Origin: Longimicrobiales bacterium
GTDB taxonomy: Bacteria; Gemmatimonadota; Gemmatimonadetes; Longimicrobiales; Gaopeijiaceae
Reading direction: 5' to 3'
Length of the DNA stretch: 64,000 bases
Assembly: GCA_965202805.1 (NCBI GenBank)
Contig: OZ241869.1
Location: forward strand, 3,616,001 to 3,680,000
Part shown: in pieces, positions 17,776 to 29,249 of the stretch
Position numbering within the stretch: the stretch's first letter is position 1
How the letters are laid out: every line of letters begins with the position of its first letter
Translations under genes and position numbers: made by a program
The notes under the pieces: model-generated
Databases searched by the model: none
Seen by the model: the letters and a program-made list of their open reading frames with translations, nothing else
What the model was told of the DNA's origin: nothing

Positions 17776-18698
17776 ACCTGGCCGGAGTCTTCATCCCTGC
17801 GGTTACGCCCTTCGATCCCGTGACCGGAGACGTCGACATCGTCGCGATGCGGGCCAACCTGAGGAGCTGGCTGGCGCATCCCGTGCACGGAATCGTCATC
17901 GCGGGATCCACCGGAGAGGCGGTGCTGCTCAGCCGCGGGGAGCGCAGGCGGCTCATCGAGGCGACCGCGGGCGTCATGACCGACGACCGCCTGCTGATCG
18001 CGGGGACCGGGGTGGAATCCACGCGCGGCACCATCCGGCTCGGCCGGGAAGCGGCCGATGCCGGCGCCGATGCCGTGCTGGTGCAGCCGCCGGCGTACTA
18101 TCTGGGCGCGATGACCCCGGAAGCGGTGCGCGACCACTACACCGCGGTCGCCGACGCCTCCCCGGTGCCGGTCCTCATCTACCAGGCGCCGCTGCGCTTC
18201 AGCACCCTCGACTTTCCCTCCGGGCTGGTGGCCGAACTTTCCCGGCATCCCAACATCGTCGGGATCAAGGACTCCAGGGGCAGCCTGGAAAAGGTCGCCG
18301 AGCTGCTGGACTGCACGAAGCGCGACTTCGCGGTGATCGTGGGCAACGGCGCGGGGCTGTATGCCGCGCTCGAGCTGGGCGCGGCGGGCGGGATCCTGGG
18401 CGTCGCCAACCTCGCCCCCGCCGAGAGCGCAGGGATCTTCGAGCGCTTCGGGGAGGGACGCACCAGCGAGGCCGGCCGGCTGCAGGAGCGGGTCGCGCCC
18501 GTCCACAAGAAGCTGGTGGCGGGATTCGGGGTGCCGGGGGTCAAGGCCGCGATGGATCTGCTGGGAGGCCACGGAGGGACGCCCCGCCCGCCGCTCAGGC
18601 CGTTCCCGGCCGGGAAGGTCGGTGAGGTGGAGGCCGTCCTGCGCCGGGCCGGGCTGCTGCGGCCCGAGCGCGCGCTCTCCGCTTCCGCCTCCGCATGA
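17772..18698 (+). CDS. Dihydrodipicolinate synthase-family aldolase (DapA/HOGA-like)
   Basis: PAVTPF, GSTGE, Schiff-base GIKDS; ATGA overlap with trpS. Confidence 0.88.
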   Translation: MNLAGVFIPAVTPFDPVTGDVDIVAMRANLRSWLAHPVHGIVIAGSTGEAVLLSRGERRRLIEATAGVMTDDRLLIAGTGVESTRGTIRLGREAADAGADAVLVQPPAYYLGAMTPEAVRDHYTAVADASPVPVLIYQAPLRFSTLDFPSGLVAELSRHPNIVGIKDSRGSLEKVAELLDCTKRDFAVIVGNGAGLYAALELGAAGGILGVANLAPAESAGIFERFGEGRTSEAGRLQERVAPVHKKLVAGFGVPGVKAAMDLLGGHGGTPRPPLRPFPAGKVGEVEAVLRRAGLLRPERALSASASA

Positions 18699-18823
18699 GC
18701 ACCGGCCCGAGCCGCCTCACCCTCCGTCCGCCGATGGAAAGCCCCGAAGGCACCCGCCTGCCGATGGGTGGGCGCGCCGCCCGGGCACAGCGCTTCGCCA
18801 TCCGGAACTCCGAAGGAGCCTGA
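18695..18823 (+). CDS. Possible 42-aa small protein linking dapA-like and purA
   Basis: ATG overlaps the dapA-like stop (ATGA) and the stop lies 2 nt before purA TTG; 35 of 42 codons end in G/C by manual count. Confidence 0.35.
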   Translation: MSTGPSRLTLRPPMESPEGTRLPMGGRAARAQRFAIRNSEGA

Positions 18824-18825
18824 CC

Positions 18826-20115
<1,290 letters not shown>

Positions 20116-20117
20116 TC

Positions 20118-21434
20118 ATGTTCGATCGCCTGGGCAAGAGGCTGGACAAGGCCCTCGGGCGCTTCCGGCAGCGGGGCATCCTCACCGAACCCATGATCCG
20201 CAGGGGGTTGCGCGAGGTGCGCCGCGCCCTGCTCGAGGCGGACGTCAACTTCAAGGTCACCCGCGACTTTCTGAAGCGGGTCGAGAAGCGGGCGACCGGC
20301 GAGGGGGTCATCCGCTCGATCTCTCCGGGGCAGCAGGTCGTCAAGATCGTGCACGACGAGCTGGCGGGGCTGCTGGGCGAGGACGTCGCCGAGCTGACCT
20401 GGGCGCGCAAGCCGCCCACCGTAATCCTCATGGCCGGCCTGCAGGGCTCCGGGAAGACCACCACCGCGGTGAAGCTGGCACGCCTGATCGCCCGGGAGGG
20501 GCGCCGTCCCATGCTGGCGGGTTGCGACGTGTACCGGCCGGCGGCGGGGGAGCAGCTCGTCACCCTGTGCGAGCGCGCGGACGTGCCGGTGCACGTGGGC
20601 GGGCGCGGGGACGACCCCGTGGCGGTGGCGCGGGCCGCGGTCGGGGATGCGCGCCGGCGCGGGTGCGACGTGATCGTGGTCGACACCGCGGGCCGCCTGC
20701 AGATCGACGAGCCGATGATGGCCGAGATCGGACGCCTGCAGAAGAAGCTGGCGCCCACCGAGGTGCTGCTGGTGGCCGACGCCATGACCGGGCAGGAGGC
20801 GGTGAACATCGCCCGGGGCTTCGACCGGGTGCTGGGCCTCACCGGGATCGTGCTCACCAAGCTCGACGGCGACGCGCGCGGCGGGGCGGCGCTCTCGATC
20901 CGCGGGGTCACGGGCAGGCCGATCAAGTTCGTGGGGACGGGCGAGGGCCTCGACGACCTGGAGCGGATGGACCCCGGCCGGCTGGCTGGGCGCATCCTGC
21001 AGATGGGCGACGTGGTGGGGCTGGTGGAGCGGGCGCAGCGCTCCATCGACGCCGAGGCCCAGGCGAAGATCGAGGAGAACGTCCTGCGCAAGGGGCGCTT
21101 CACCCTCGAGGAATTCCTGGTCGCGCTCCGCCAGGTGCAGGCGATGGGCCCGCTGGAACAGATCATGAAGATGATCCCCGGGATGCGGCGCAAGCTGCCC
21201 ATCGGGAACGTCGATCCCAGGAAGATCAGGCACGTGGAGGCCATCATTCTCTCGATGACTCCCGCGGAGCGGCGCGAGCCTCGGCTGCTCAACCGCTCGC
21301 GCCGGATCCGCATCGCCCGGGGGAGCGGCCGGCCGGTGTCGGAGGTCAACCGCCTGTTGAAGCAGTTCAGGGAAATGCAGAAGTTGATGAAGCAGATGCG
21401 GGGGATGGCGCCCCCGCTCAACCAGTTGCGCTGA
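20118..21434 (+). CDS. ffh: Signal recognition particle protein Ffh
   Basis: ALLEADV, GLQGSGKTT, DTAGRLQ, TKLDGDARGGAALS, Met-rich M domain. Confidence 0.97.
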   Translation: MFDRLGKRLDKALGRFRQRGILTEPMIRRGLREVRRALLEADVNFKVTRDFLKRVEKRATGEGVIRSISPGQQVVKIVHDELAGLLGEDVAELTWARKPPTVILMAGLQGSGKTTTAVKLARLIAREGRRPMLAGCDVYRPAAGEQLVTLCERADVPVHVGGRGDDPVAVARAAVGDARRRGCDVIVVDTAGRLQIDEPMMAEIGRLQKKLAPTEVLLVADAMTGQEAVNIARGFDRVLGLTGIVLTKLDGDARGGAALSIRGVTGRPIKFVGTGEGLDDLERMDPGRLAGRILQMGDVVGLVERAQRSIDAEAQAKIEENVLRKGRFTLEEFLVALRQVQAMGPLEQIMKMIPGMRRKLPIGNVDPRKIRHVEAIILSMTPAERREPRLLNRSRRIRIARGSGRPVSEVNRLLKQFREMQKLMKQMRGMAPPLNQLR

Positions 21435-21479
21435 CCGCCCGGGGAGAGGCGGAAGGCAGGCACGAACCCGAGGAGACAC

Positions 21480-21914
21480 ATGTCGGTACGAATTCGACTT
21501 CGCAGAATGGGCCGGAAGAAGGCGCCCCACTACCGCGTGGTGGTGGCGGACGGCGACTCGCCGCGGGACGGGCGCTTCGTCGAGACCATCGGCTACTACA
21601 AGCCACTTTCCACGCCTGCTCGCGTGGTCGTCGACCTGGAGCGCGCCGACTACTGGCTGGGCCGGGGGGCGCAGCCGTCGGCCACCGTCAGGTCGCTGCT
21701 GAACAAGGCCCGCAAGGGAGGAGACGCGAGCGTGGCCGTGGGCGAGGTGGATGCGGCCGCCGAGAAGGCCCGCCGCTCGGAGCAGCTGACGCAGCGGCGC
21801 CAGGCGGAAGCGGACGCGCAGGCGAAGCTGGAGGCGGAAGCCAGGGCGGAGGCGGCGGCCAGGGCCGCGGCTCGAGCGGAAGCCGAGGCTGGCAAGAGCG
21901 GCGAATCCGGGTAG
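21480..21914 (+). CDS. rpsP: 30S ribosomal protein S16 with Ala/Glu/Arg-rich C-terminal extension
   Basis: [11 protein letters not shown]...[20 protein letters not shown]...GAQPS.TV. Confidence 0.97.
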   Translation: MSVRIRLRRMGRKKAPHYRVVVADGDSPRDGRFVETIGYYKPLSTPARVVVDLERADYWLGRGAQPSATVRSLLNKARKGGDASVAVGEVDAAAEKARRSEQLTQRRQAEADAQAKLEAEARAEAAARAAARAEAEAGKSGESG

Positions 21915-21928
21915 TCCCGGGGTCCCGA

Positions 21929-22471
21929 ATGGACTCCGCCCGTCCTTCGCACCTGGTCGTCGGGCACCTCAACAAGGCGCACGGCACCAAAGGCGAGCTC
22001 TTTCTCTGGCCGCTGACGGCCGATCCGGGCGAAGCGTTCGCCGCCGGTGCGGAGTTGCATCTGGCGGACGAAGCCGGGGAGAAGCCGGATCCCGCGTTCG
22101 CCGAAGTCCGCGTCCGGGCGGTCCGCCCCTTCAAGCGCGGCTTTCTGATCCGGCTGGAGGGCATCGACTCCCGGACCCAGGCCGAATGGCTGGCGGGCCG
22201 TTACGTCCTGCGGCCGCTCGCCGAGGTGAGCCCGCTCGAGGAAGGCGAGATCTTCTACCACGAGCTGCTGGGCACGCGCGTGGAATCCGGGGACGGAGAG
22301 ACGGTCGGAGAGGTGGTCGAGGTCTACGAGCTCAACCCGGTGCATCTGCTGCGGGTGGCGCGCGGATCCGGCACCGTGCTGATTCCGTTCGCGCGCGACC
22401 TGGTGCGCCGGCTGGACCGGGAAGGGAAGCGGCTGGTCATGGATCTGCCGGACGGGCTGCTGGATCTTTGA
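21929..22471 (+). CDS. rimM: Ribosome maturation factor RimM
   Basis: VVGHLNKAHGTKGE, EGEIFYHELLG, VLIPF; conserved position. Confidence 0.93.
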   Translation: MDSARPSHLVVGHLNKAHGTKGELFLWPLTADPGEAFAAGAELHLADEAGEKPDPAFAEVRVRAVRPFKRGFLIRLEGIDSRTQAEWLAGRYVLRPLAEVSPLEEGEIFYHELLGTRVESGDGETVGEVVEVYELNPVHLLRVARGSGTVLIPFARDLVRRLDREGKRLVMDLPDGLLDL

Positions 22472-22485
22472 GGGAGGCGGGGCCG

Positions 22486-23202
22486 ATGACGTCCGAGGCA
22501 AATGCCGACACAGGTTCGAACGCCTCCCTGCGGCTCCATCTCGTGACCATCTTCCCGGAGTTCTTCGAGGTTCCGCTGGCCACCAGCATCCCCGGGCGCG
22601 CCGCCCGCCACGGATTGGTCGAATACCGGGTCGTCGACCTGCGCGACTTCACCCGCGACCGCCACCGCACCGTGGACGACGCGCCCTACGGCGGCGGCGG
22701 CGGCATGGTGATGAAGCCGGAGCCGTTCTTCGAGGCGGTGGAGTCCCTCGACCGGGCCGGCCGGGTGATCCTGCTCTCCCCCCGCGGCCGGCTCTTCACG
22801 CACGGCGACGCCGTGCGCCTCTCCCTGGAGCCGTCCCTGACGCTCCTGTGCGGCCACTACAAGGACGTCGACCAGCGCGTCGCCGACCACCTCGCCGACG
22901 AGGAGATCTCCATCGGCGACTACGTCCTGTCCGGTGGCGAAGCCGCCGCGCTCGTGGTCGCGGACGCCATCGTCCGGCTGCTGCCGGGGGTGCTGGGCGA
23001 CCACGATTCGGCGGCCTCGGACTCGTTTTACGACGGCCGCCGGCTGAGCGCGCCCTCCTATACCCGGCCGCGCGTGTACCGGGGCCACGAGGTGCCCGAG
23101 GTGCTCAGAAGCGGTGATCACGCGCGCATCGAAGCCTGGCGGGAGGCGGCGGCCGCGCGCATCAGTGTCGCCCGCCGGCCCAAGCCGAACCCGGGGCGTT
23201 AG
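22486..23202 (+). CDS. trmD: tRNA (guanine37-N1)-methyltransferase
   Basis: VTIFPE, VDDAPYGGGGGMVMKPEP, EISIGDYVLSGGE, YTRP. Confidence 0.97.
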   Translation: MTSEANADTGSNASLRLHLVTIFPEFFEVPLATSIPGRAARHGLVEYRVVDLRDFTRDRHRTVDDAPYGGGGGMVMKPEPFFEAVESLDRAGRVILLSPRGRLFTHGDAVRLSLEPSLTLLCGHYKDVDQRVADHLADEEISIGDYVLSGGEAAALVVADAIVRLLPGVLGDHDSAASDSFYDGRRLSAPSYTRPRVYRGHEVPEVLRSGDHARIEAWREAAAARISVARRPKPNPGR

Positions 23203-23389
23203 TTAGCGGCCAACGCCGACGGCCAGCCGCCCGCCACTCTCCGGCCGTACGCGCCAGGGCGGGCGGCGAGGCGCCGGACTGGTAATTCGGGCCGAATCAT
23301 TACAGTATATTTACCCGCGCATTGTGCGCGCGGGCGGGGGTGGATGCCGGGTGCCGGGGCAACATTCAACTTCTCATGAGGAGCAGCGC

Positions 23390-26300
23390 ATGAAACACAA
23401 CCAATGTCCAACACGTAGGGTATGGGGCGCCTTCGTGCTCTCCCTGCTGGCCGTCAGCCTGGCCTTCGCGCCCGGTCTGAGCGCCCAGCAGGGAGGAGTC
23501 ATCACGGGCCGCGTCACGGAGGAAGGCTCCGGTCGCGCCCTTGCCTCCGCCCAGGTGTACGTCGAGGGAGCCGGCATCGGGACCCTCACCAACTCCAGCG
23601 GGCAGTTTCTGCTGCTCAACGCCCCCGTAGGCGAGCACACGGTCACCGTCGAGCTGGTCGGCTACCGTTCGGCCTCGCAGACAGTGACGGTGGGGGCGGG
23701 CGAGACGGCCAGCGTGGACTTCGCCATCGCCGTGACCGCGCTCGCTCTCGACGAGATCGTGGTGACCGGAACCGGCGTGGCCACCGAGAAGCGCAAGCTC
23801 GGCCACACCATAGCCACGCTCGATGCCGCCGAACTCGAGAACGCGCCCATCGCCGACTTCAGCCAGCTCATCGCCGGCCGCGAGCCCGGCGTGGTGGCGC
23901 TTCCATCCTCGGGCTACACGGGCGAGGGCGCGCGCATCCGCATCCGCGGGTCGGCCTCCCTCTCGCAGCTCAACGAGCCCATCGTCTACGTCGACGGAAT
24001 CAGGGTGGACCGCTCCGCCGTGCAGAACTTCAACGGCCAGGGCAACCCGTCCCGCCTGGACGACATTCCTCCCGAGTCCATCGAACGGGTCGAGATCCTG
24101 AAGGGCGCCGCCGCCGCGACCCTCTACGGAACCGAGGCCTCCAACGGCGTGATCCAGATCTTCACCAAGCGCGGCAACGTCGGCGCTCCGCGCTTCACCT
24201 TCCAGAGCGACCTGACCGGGATCTCGGTGCCGACCAACCGCATCCTGCCGGTTGCGGACTTCGCCGGGCGGGTATGCGCCAGCCCCGGATGCACCGGAGA
24301 CGGTGACGCCAAGAGGCTGGCCGATGCAGTGAGCCGGATGTCGACGCGCTGGGGACAGTCGGTCTCGCCATGGGAGCCGGTCCAGCGCGACCTCATCCCC
24401 GAGCTCCTCACCACCGGTTTCGGCCAGACCTACTCCGGGTCGGTGCAGGGCGGTTCCAGCGTCTTCCAGTACTTCGCCTCGGCGCGCCTCGCCAGGGAGG
24501 ACGGTCCCTACGACGCCGGGCGGAACTTCGAGGCGGTGGAGGGAGTCGAGCCCGAGAACGACACCAACCGGCGGGCTTCGATCCATTCGAACTTCACGGT
24601 GGTCCCGAACGACAATCTCCGCATTGGCGTCACCACGCTCTATTCGGACATGGAGCACCACACGCCCGACAACTCCAACAACATCTACGGGGTGTTCTCG
24701 TCCGCGCTCATGTCGCAGCCGCGGCTCGCCAACGCCGATCCGAACCTGGGGCAGATCAACTACTACGGTCAGCCGGCGTTCGCCACGCTGCGCGAAAACG
24801 CGTACCAGTTGAACTTCGTGAACTCGCAACACTTCGCGGGTGCCACCAACATCAACTTCACGCCGACCGAGAACTTCCGCCTCGACGGAACCTTCGGCAT
24901 CGACTTCACCTCCGACGACGCGGTGTCCTTCCGGCCCTACCGCTGGAACGTGGACGGCTTCTCGGGCTCGACGCCGGACGGCAGCAGGAACGTCAACGAG
25001 GACCGCAGCCGCGAGATCACGGCGGACGTCAAGGGATCCTACATCTTCAACACCGACCGGATCGAGAACACGTTCCTCTTCGGTGGCCAGGGCTTCCTCC
25101 GGCAGCGGCAGTCGGCGGGCGGCAGCGGACGCGATTTCCCCGGTCCGGGTCTGGAGACGCTGTCGGCGCTCGGTTCCGAGTCTTCCTACGAGAACTGGCT
25201 CCGGGTCACGCAGATCGGCGGATACCTGCAGGACCAGGTCGGGTGGGACAACTGGCTCTTCCTGACCGTCGGCGCGCGCTGGGACGCGAACTCGGCGTTC
25301 GGTGAGGCGTTCAACTACGCCTTCTATCCGAAGGCCAACTTCGCGGTCGTGCCGAGCGAAATGTGGGAGAGCGAGACCTTCTCCTCGCTGCGCATCAAGG
25401 GCGCGTACGGCACCTCCGGGCTGCAGCCGGGCGCCTTCGACAAGTTCACGACCTTCTCGTCGCTGGGTACCGAGGTGGGTCCGGGCGTCCAGCCCTCCAA
25501 CCTGGGCAACGACCAGTTGAAGCCCGAAGTGTCGACCGAGTGGGAGTTCGGTGCCGATCTGGGGCTCTTCAACGACCTGTGGTCGGTGGAAGCGACGTAT
25601 TGGGACCGGACGGTTACCGACGCCATGGTGGCGCGCCAGTTCCCGGTGACGGGCGGGTTCACGCAGACCCAGCTCGACAACATCGGCCAGGTAAAGGCGT
25701 CCGGGTTCGAGGTCGGCGTTCGCGGGGCCCTGGTCCAGCGGCCGGGTCTCTCGCTGAACGTCTTCGCCAACACCGCCTACCTCAAGGAAGAGATCACCGA
25801 CATGGGCGGTGCTCCTCCCCTCAAGACCGGCGGCAGCTACCCGCGCTACCGCAACTTCCTGACCGAGGGCTACACGCCCGGGGCCTTCTTCGGGGCAAGG
25901 GTCGCTGACCTGGAAATCCCGCTGAACATCCTCGCGCCGGTCAACGGCGAGTGCGTAGCTCCCACGCGCCAGCAGGCCCTCGATTACTTCAGCAAGCCCC
26001 GCAATCCGAACAGCTTCAAGCCGCTCGCGATCGGCAACGAGACCTTCGGTACGCCGAACGGCGGTCTGGCGTCGCACAACTGCGGCTCCGGGCTCCTTGA
26101 CACCTATCTCGGCAAGCCCACCCCGGATTTCGCCGGTTCCTTCGGGTTCAACCTGGCGTTCCTGGGCAATTTCGAACTCAGCTCGCTGCTCGAGTACAAG
26201 ATCGGTCACCAGGTGCAGGACCTCTCGGGGATGTTCCGCCGCGCCAACAACTTCATCGGCCGCAACACGCCGCGCTCCGCAGAGCTCTACGCGGCCATGC

Positions 26301-26674
26301 TGAACCCGGGCTCGTCCGCCGAACAGCGGCTCGAGGCCGCGATCGCCTGGGCCCACGAAGTCGAAGGCCTCTCCCCGATGAGCGGGATGAACGGGGTCTA
26401 CGACGCCGACTGGATCCAGTGGCGCGAGCTGTCGCTCACCTACCGGGTGCCGGCGTCGATCGTAGAGGGCTGGGGCCTCTCCACCGCCACGGTGAACCTG
26501 GGTGTGCGCAACATGAGGCTCTTCATGCTGGGCGACTACCCCGGCATGGACCCCGAGGGCAACGTGCTCGGACGGTGCAACTCGGGCCTAAGCTGCAACT
26601 TCCTGGACTCGACGGAAGGCTGGGGCATTCCGGTGCCGCGGCGCTTCACGCTGTCCACGCGCTTCACGTTCTGA
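23390..26674 (+). CDS. SusC/RagA-type TonB-dependent receptor
   Basis: Signal peptide, LDEIVVTG, IRIRGSASL..NEPIVYVDG, IERVEILKGAAAATLYGTEASNGVIQIFTK, LKPEVSTEWEFG, C-terminal RFTF; SD GAGGAG. Confidence 0.95.
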   Translation: MKHNQCPTRRVWGAFVLSLLAVSLAFAPGLSAQQGGVITGRVTEEGSGRALASAQVYVEGAGIGTLTNSSGQFLLLNAPVGEHTVTVELVGYRSASQTVTVGAGETASVDFAIAVTALALDEIVVTGTGVATEKRKLGHTIATLDAAELENAPIADFSQLIAGREPGVVALPSSGYTGEGARIRIRGSASLSQLNEPIVYVDGIRVDRSAVQNFNGQGNPSRLDDIPPESIERVEILKGAAAATLYGTEASNGVIQIFTKRGNVGAPRFTFQSDLTGISVPTNRILPVADFAGRVCASPGCTGDGDAKRLADAVSRMSTRWGQSVSPWEPVQRDLIPELLTTGFGQTYSGSVQGGSSVFQYFASARLAREDGPYDAGRNFEAVEGVEPENDTNRRASIHSNFTVVPNDNLRIGVTTLYSDMEHHTPDNSNNIYGVFSSALMSQPRLANADPNLGQINYYGQPAFATLRENAYQLNFVNSQHFAGATNINFTPTENFRLDGTFGIDFTSDDAVSFRPYRWNVDGFSGSTPDGSRNVNEDRSREITADVKGSYIFNTDRIENTFLFGGQGFLRQRQSAGGSGRDFPGPGLETLSALGSESSYENWLRVTQIGGYLQDQVGWDNWLFLTVGARWDANSAFGEAFNYAFYPKANFAVVPSEMWESETFSSLRIKGAYGTSGLQPGAFDKFTTFSSLGTEVGPGVQPSNLGNDQLKPEVSTEWEFGADLGLFNDLWSVEATYWDRTVTDAMVARQFPVTGGFTQTQLDNIGQVKASGFEVGVRGALVQRPGLSLNVFANTAYLKEEITDMGGAPPLKTGGSYPRYRNFLTEGYTPGAFFGARVADLEIPLNILAPVNGECVAPTRQQALDYFSKPRNPNSFKPLAIGNETFGTPNGGLASHNCGSGLLDTYLGKPTPDFAGSFGFNLAFLGNFELSSLLEYKIGHQVQDLSGMFRRANNFIGRNTPRSAELYAAMLNPGSSAEQRLEAAIAWAHEVEGLSPMSGMNGVYDADWIQWRELSLTYRVPASIVEGWGLSTATVNLGVRNMRLFMLGDYPGMDPEGNVLGRCNSGLSCNFLDSTEGWGIPVPRRFTLSTRFTF

Positions 26675-26690
26675 TCCAGGAGAGAGACTC

Positions 26691-28019
26691 ATGAAGAACC
26701 GAAACATCAAGGCTTGGGTCGCACCCCTTCTGGTCGCGTTCGCGCTCGGAGGTTGCGACATCCTGGACGTCAACAACCCCAACAGCCTCGTTGAGGAGGA
26801 CATCCGTTCGGAAGCCGCCGCCTCCGCGGTGGTCAACGGGTCGCTCACCCTCGTCTCGTCGTCTGTTTCCCAGTCCTGGCAGCCGTACCTGGTCGCTTCC
26901 GACGAGATGCGCTGGATCGGGTCCAGGGACGCCTGGCTTTCGCTCGATCTGGGCTTCGTGGACGACCCGCTGAACGAGTTCATCGACGGCCCGTTCCCCG
27001 CCATGGGACAGGGGCGGTGGATGAGCGACGAGGCGATCGAAATCCTCACCGAACACCAGGCGAACAACCCCTCCACCGGGATCAAGACCGATCTGGCGCG
27101 CGCGTACCTCTACTCGGGCATCATGTACATGGTGATCGGGGAGATCCAGGAGGACTTCGCGTTCTCGGACAAGACGGAGAGCGGCGCCCCCATCGGGCCC
27201 GACAACATGTATCAGGTCCTGGATGGGGCGATCGAGAGGTTTTCGACCGCCATTTCCGGCTTCAACGAGGTCGGGGCGACCGAGATGGCGCTCCAGGCCA
27301 AGGCCCTGCGGGCGCGGGCCCGGCAGTCCCGGGCGATCTGGGACGTGATCAACCCGTCGCCCTCCGGGGACGGGCTGGTGTCGTCCACCGAGGCCGGCGC
27401 GGACGCCGCTGACGTGCTTGCCAACGTCGCCGCGGACTGGACCTTCAACCTGACGTTCTCGAGCGCCAGCCGGTCCAATTCGATGGCCTCCTGGGTCAAC
27501 GACCGCAAGGAGAACCAGATCGACCTGTCGATCGCGACCGTGGACGACCAGAACGACATCAACGGCATCGCGCTGCAGGATCCCATCGACGGCGTCGACG
27601 ATCCGGCGGTCATCAAGTGGCTGAACCAGTGGAAGGGCGGCAGCTACCTGGACAAGGGCGGCATCTATCCGCCATTGACGCTGGCCTCGGCCCGGATGAT
27701 GCATCTGATTCTGGCCGAGAACGCGCTCAAGAGCATGGACTCGAGCGCTTTTGCGACGCATATCAACCACATTCGCGCGCTTGACGGCCTGACGCCGTAC
27801 GACGGCCAGATCTCCGAAATGGAGATGCTCCAGCACACGCGCCGCGTGAACGTGATGCTGCAAGGCCTGCGGCTGGCGGACATGTACCGCTGGGGGATCA
27901 AGGATCCGAAGTGGCAGGGTGCTTCCGCCGCCTCGGGGAGCCCCGGTACCATGCTCCCGATCTCGATCATCGAGATCAGGGCCAACTGCCACCTGAACGG
28001 GCTGGGCTGCGGCGGCTGA
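26691..28019 (+). CDS. SusD/RagB-like outer-membrane lipoprotein
   Basis: Lipobox FALGGC, LDVNNPN, C-terminal GLRLADMYRWG...LPI...EI.AN; directly follows SusC. Confidence 0.85.
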   Translation: MKNRNIKAWVAPLLVAFALGGCDILDVNNPNSLVEEDIRSEAAASAVVNGSLTLVSSSVSQSWQPYLVASDEMRWIGSRDAWLSLDLGFVDDPLNEFIDGPFPAMGQGRWMSDEAIEILTEHQANNPSTGIKTDLARAYLYSGIMYMVIGEIQEDFAFSDKTESGAPIGPDNMYQVLDGAIERFSTAISGFNEVGATEMALQAKALRARARQSRAIWDVINPSPSGDGLVSSTEAGADAADVLANVAADWTFNLTFSSASRSNSMASWVNDRKENQIDLSIATVDDQNDINGIALQDPIDGVDDPAVIKWLNQWKGGSYLDKGGIYPPLTLASARMMHLILAENALKSMDSSAFATHINHIRALDGLTPYDGQISEMEMLQHTRRVNVMLQGLRLADMYRWGIKDPKWQGASAASGSPGTMLPISIIEIRANCHLNGLGCGG

Positions 28020-28024
28020 GACAA

Positions 28025-28060
28025 GGTGGGGCACCCCGTCTCGCGCGGGGTGCCCCCACC
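28025..28060 (+). terminator. GC-rich hairpin after the susD-like gene (terminator or mRNA-stabilising stem)
   Basis: GGTGGGGCACCCCG...CGGGGTGCCCCCACC inverted repeat; weak U tract. Confidence 0.55.
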
Positions 28061-28113
28061 GCTTCCGTTCTTCGCCGGTGTCACACAGGTCTGCCGTGAG
28101 TCGCGCATCCACA

Positions 28114-28539
28114 GTGAAGAAGCTGCTCGTCGCCGTTGCGCTGGTCGCAGTCTCGGGTTGCGATATCTTCGACGACCCGACGCCTCGCAACATCTTCTTC
28201 GAGATGAACGGCGAAGCGGGCCAGCAGTTGCGGGTCATCTATTCGACGCAGTTCGTGGCCGGTGTGAACGACATCGGAGTTACGAGGGTGCAGGTAGTCA
28301 GGTCCGACACGATCCTGCACGAGATCCCGTTCGACAGGGTGGTCGATATTTCGATCGATCGTCGCTGGTTCGTGCAGGCGGAGTCGCTGGGCTCCGAGCC
28401 GATCGACGTCCACGTGATCGTGGACGTGGACGACCGCAACCTCCTGAACGAATCCGGTGGCATATTCCCCGGTGATCCCTGGCACTTCGTGTACGCCTTC
28501 AACCAGTTGCTTACGCGTGATATCGATGTGGCGTTCTGA
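28114..28539 (+). CDS. Hypothetical lipoprotein
   Basis: GTG start, MKKLLVAVALVAVSGC lipobox, beta-rich body. Confidence 0.75.
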   Translation: MKKLLVAVALVAVSGCDIFDDPTPRNIFFEMNGEAGQQLRVIYSTQFVAGVNDIGVTRVQVVRSDTILHEIPFDRVVDISIDRRWFVQAESLGSEPIDVHVIVDVDDRNLLNESGGIFPGDPWHFVYAFNQLLTRDIDVAF

Positions 28540-28561
28540 CCCGTTCGGCGCGTTGCGCCGC

Positions 28562-29047
28562 ATGCTCCTGGCGGCTCTGCTTTGCGGCATGCCACTCGTT
28601 TCCGGCTGCTACACCTACCGTCTGGTGGAGGAGGCGCCGGTCGGCTCCGTGGCCCGGCTGCGCGTACCGATCCAGTCCGCGATCGTCGATCCCAACTCGC
28701 CGCCGGAGACCGTGGCCATCGAGGGGCTGATCATCAGCTTCGGGGACACCATCTCGTTCGAGGCCAGCAACCGGCAGGTGATCGGCGCCTTCCGCGAAGT
28801 CGTGCAGTACGACACCCTGCAGGTGGCCCGCGACGGTCTCGCAAGCATCGAGGTGCGGGAATTCTCGAGGACGCGGAGCGTTGTGCTCGGCGTCGCAGTG
28901 GCCGCCGGAACCGCGGGACTGGCCCTCGCCGCGCTCGGTGTCGAAGGCGGGGAAGCCGGGGACCGTCCCGGCGAGGGAGGCACCCAGAGCTTCACTGCGG
29001 GCCTTGCCGTCGGCGTGGGTGCGATCGGGAGATTGTTCGGGCGCTAG
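28562..29047 (+). CDS. Hypothetical lipoprotein with C-terminal TM helix
   Basis: LVSGC-YTY lipobox; hydrophobic SVVLGVAVAAGTAGLALAAL segment. Confidence 0.7.
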   Translation: MLLAALLCGMPLVSGCYTYRLVEEAPVGSVARLRVPIQSAIVDPNSPPETVAIEGLIISFGDTISFEASNRQVIGAFREVVQYDTLQVARDGLASIEVREFSRTRSVVLGVAVAAGTAGLALAALGVEGGEAGDRPGEGGTQSFTAGLAVGVGAIGRLFGR

Positions 29048-29249
29048 CTCCGAGTCTCTTCGCGTAGCGCGCCGTAGCTTTCCGGCCTGGGCCGCTGGGC
29101 CCCCGGCGAACCCCTGGCCTTCACGGATGAATCGGGTCGCGTTAGCTTTTAATGCTGCACGGGGGATGCCTCCCCTGTGGCACAGCCGCTACAAAGTCGT
29201 ACAAAATCGATAACGCTTCTCGGCCGAACCGCGCCTGAGGAGGTGGACC

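Noticed and set aside
18699..18825. Known purine-related riboswitch (ZTP, PRPP/ykkC) before purA
   Set aside because: Only short fragments resemble the consensus (GCCCGGGCAC, GAAAGCCC); the core elements are not recognisable. An Rfam scan is needed.
23366..26356. 996-aa minus-strand ORF (and similar long ORFs opposite lhr, the amidohydrolase and the Mo subunit)
   Set aside because: Antisense shadows of well-supported genes.
29178..29192. TGGCAC upstream of rplS as a sigma-54 promoter
   Set aside because: The -12 position reads CTAC and lacks the required GC.
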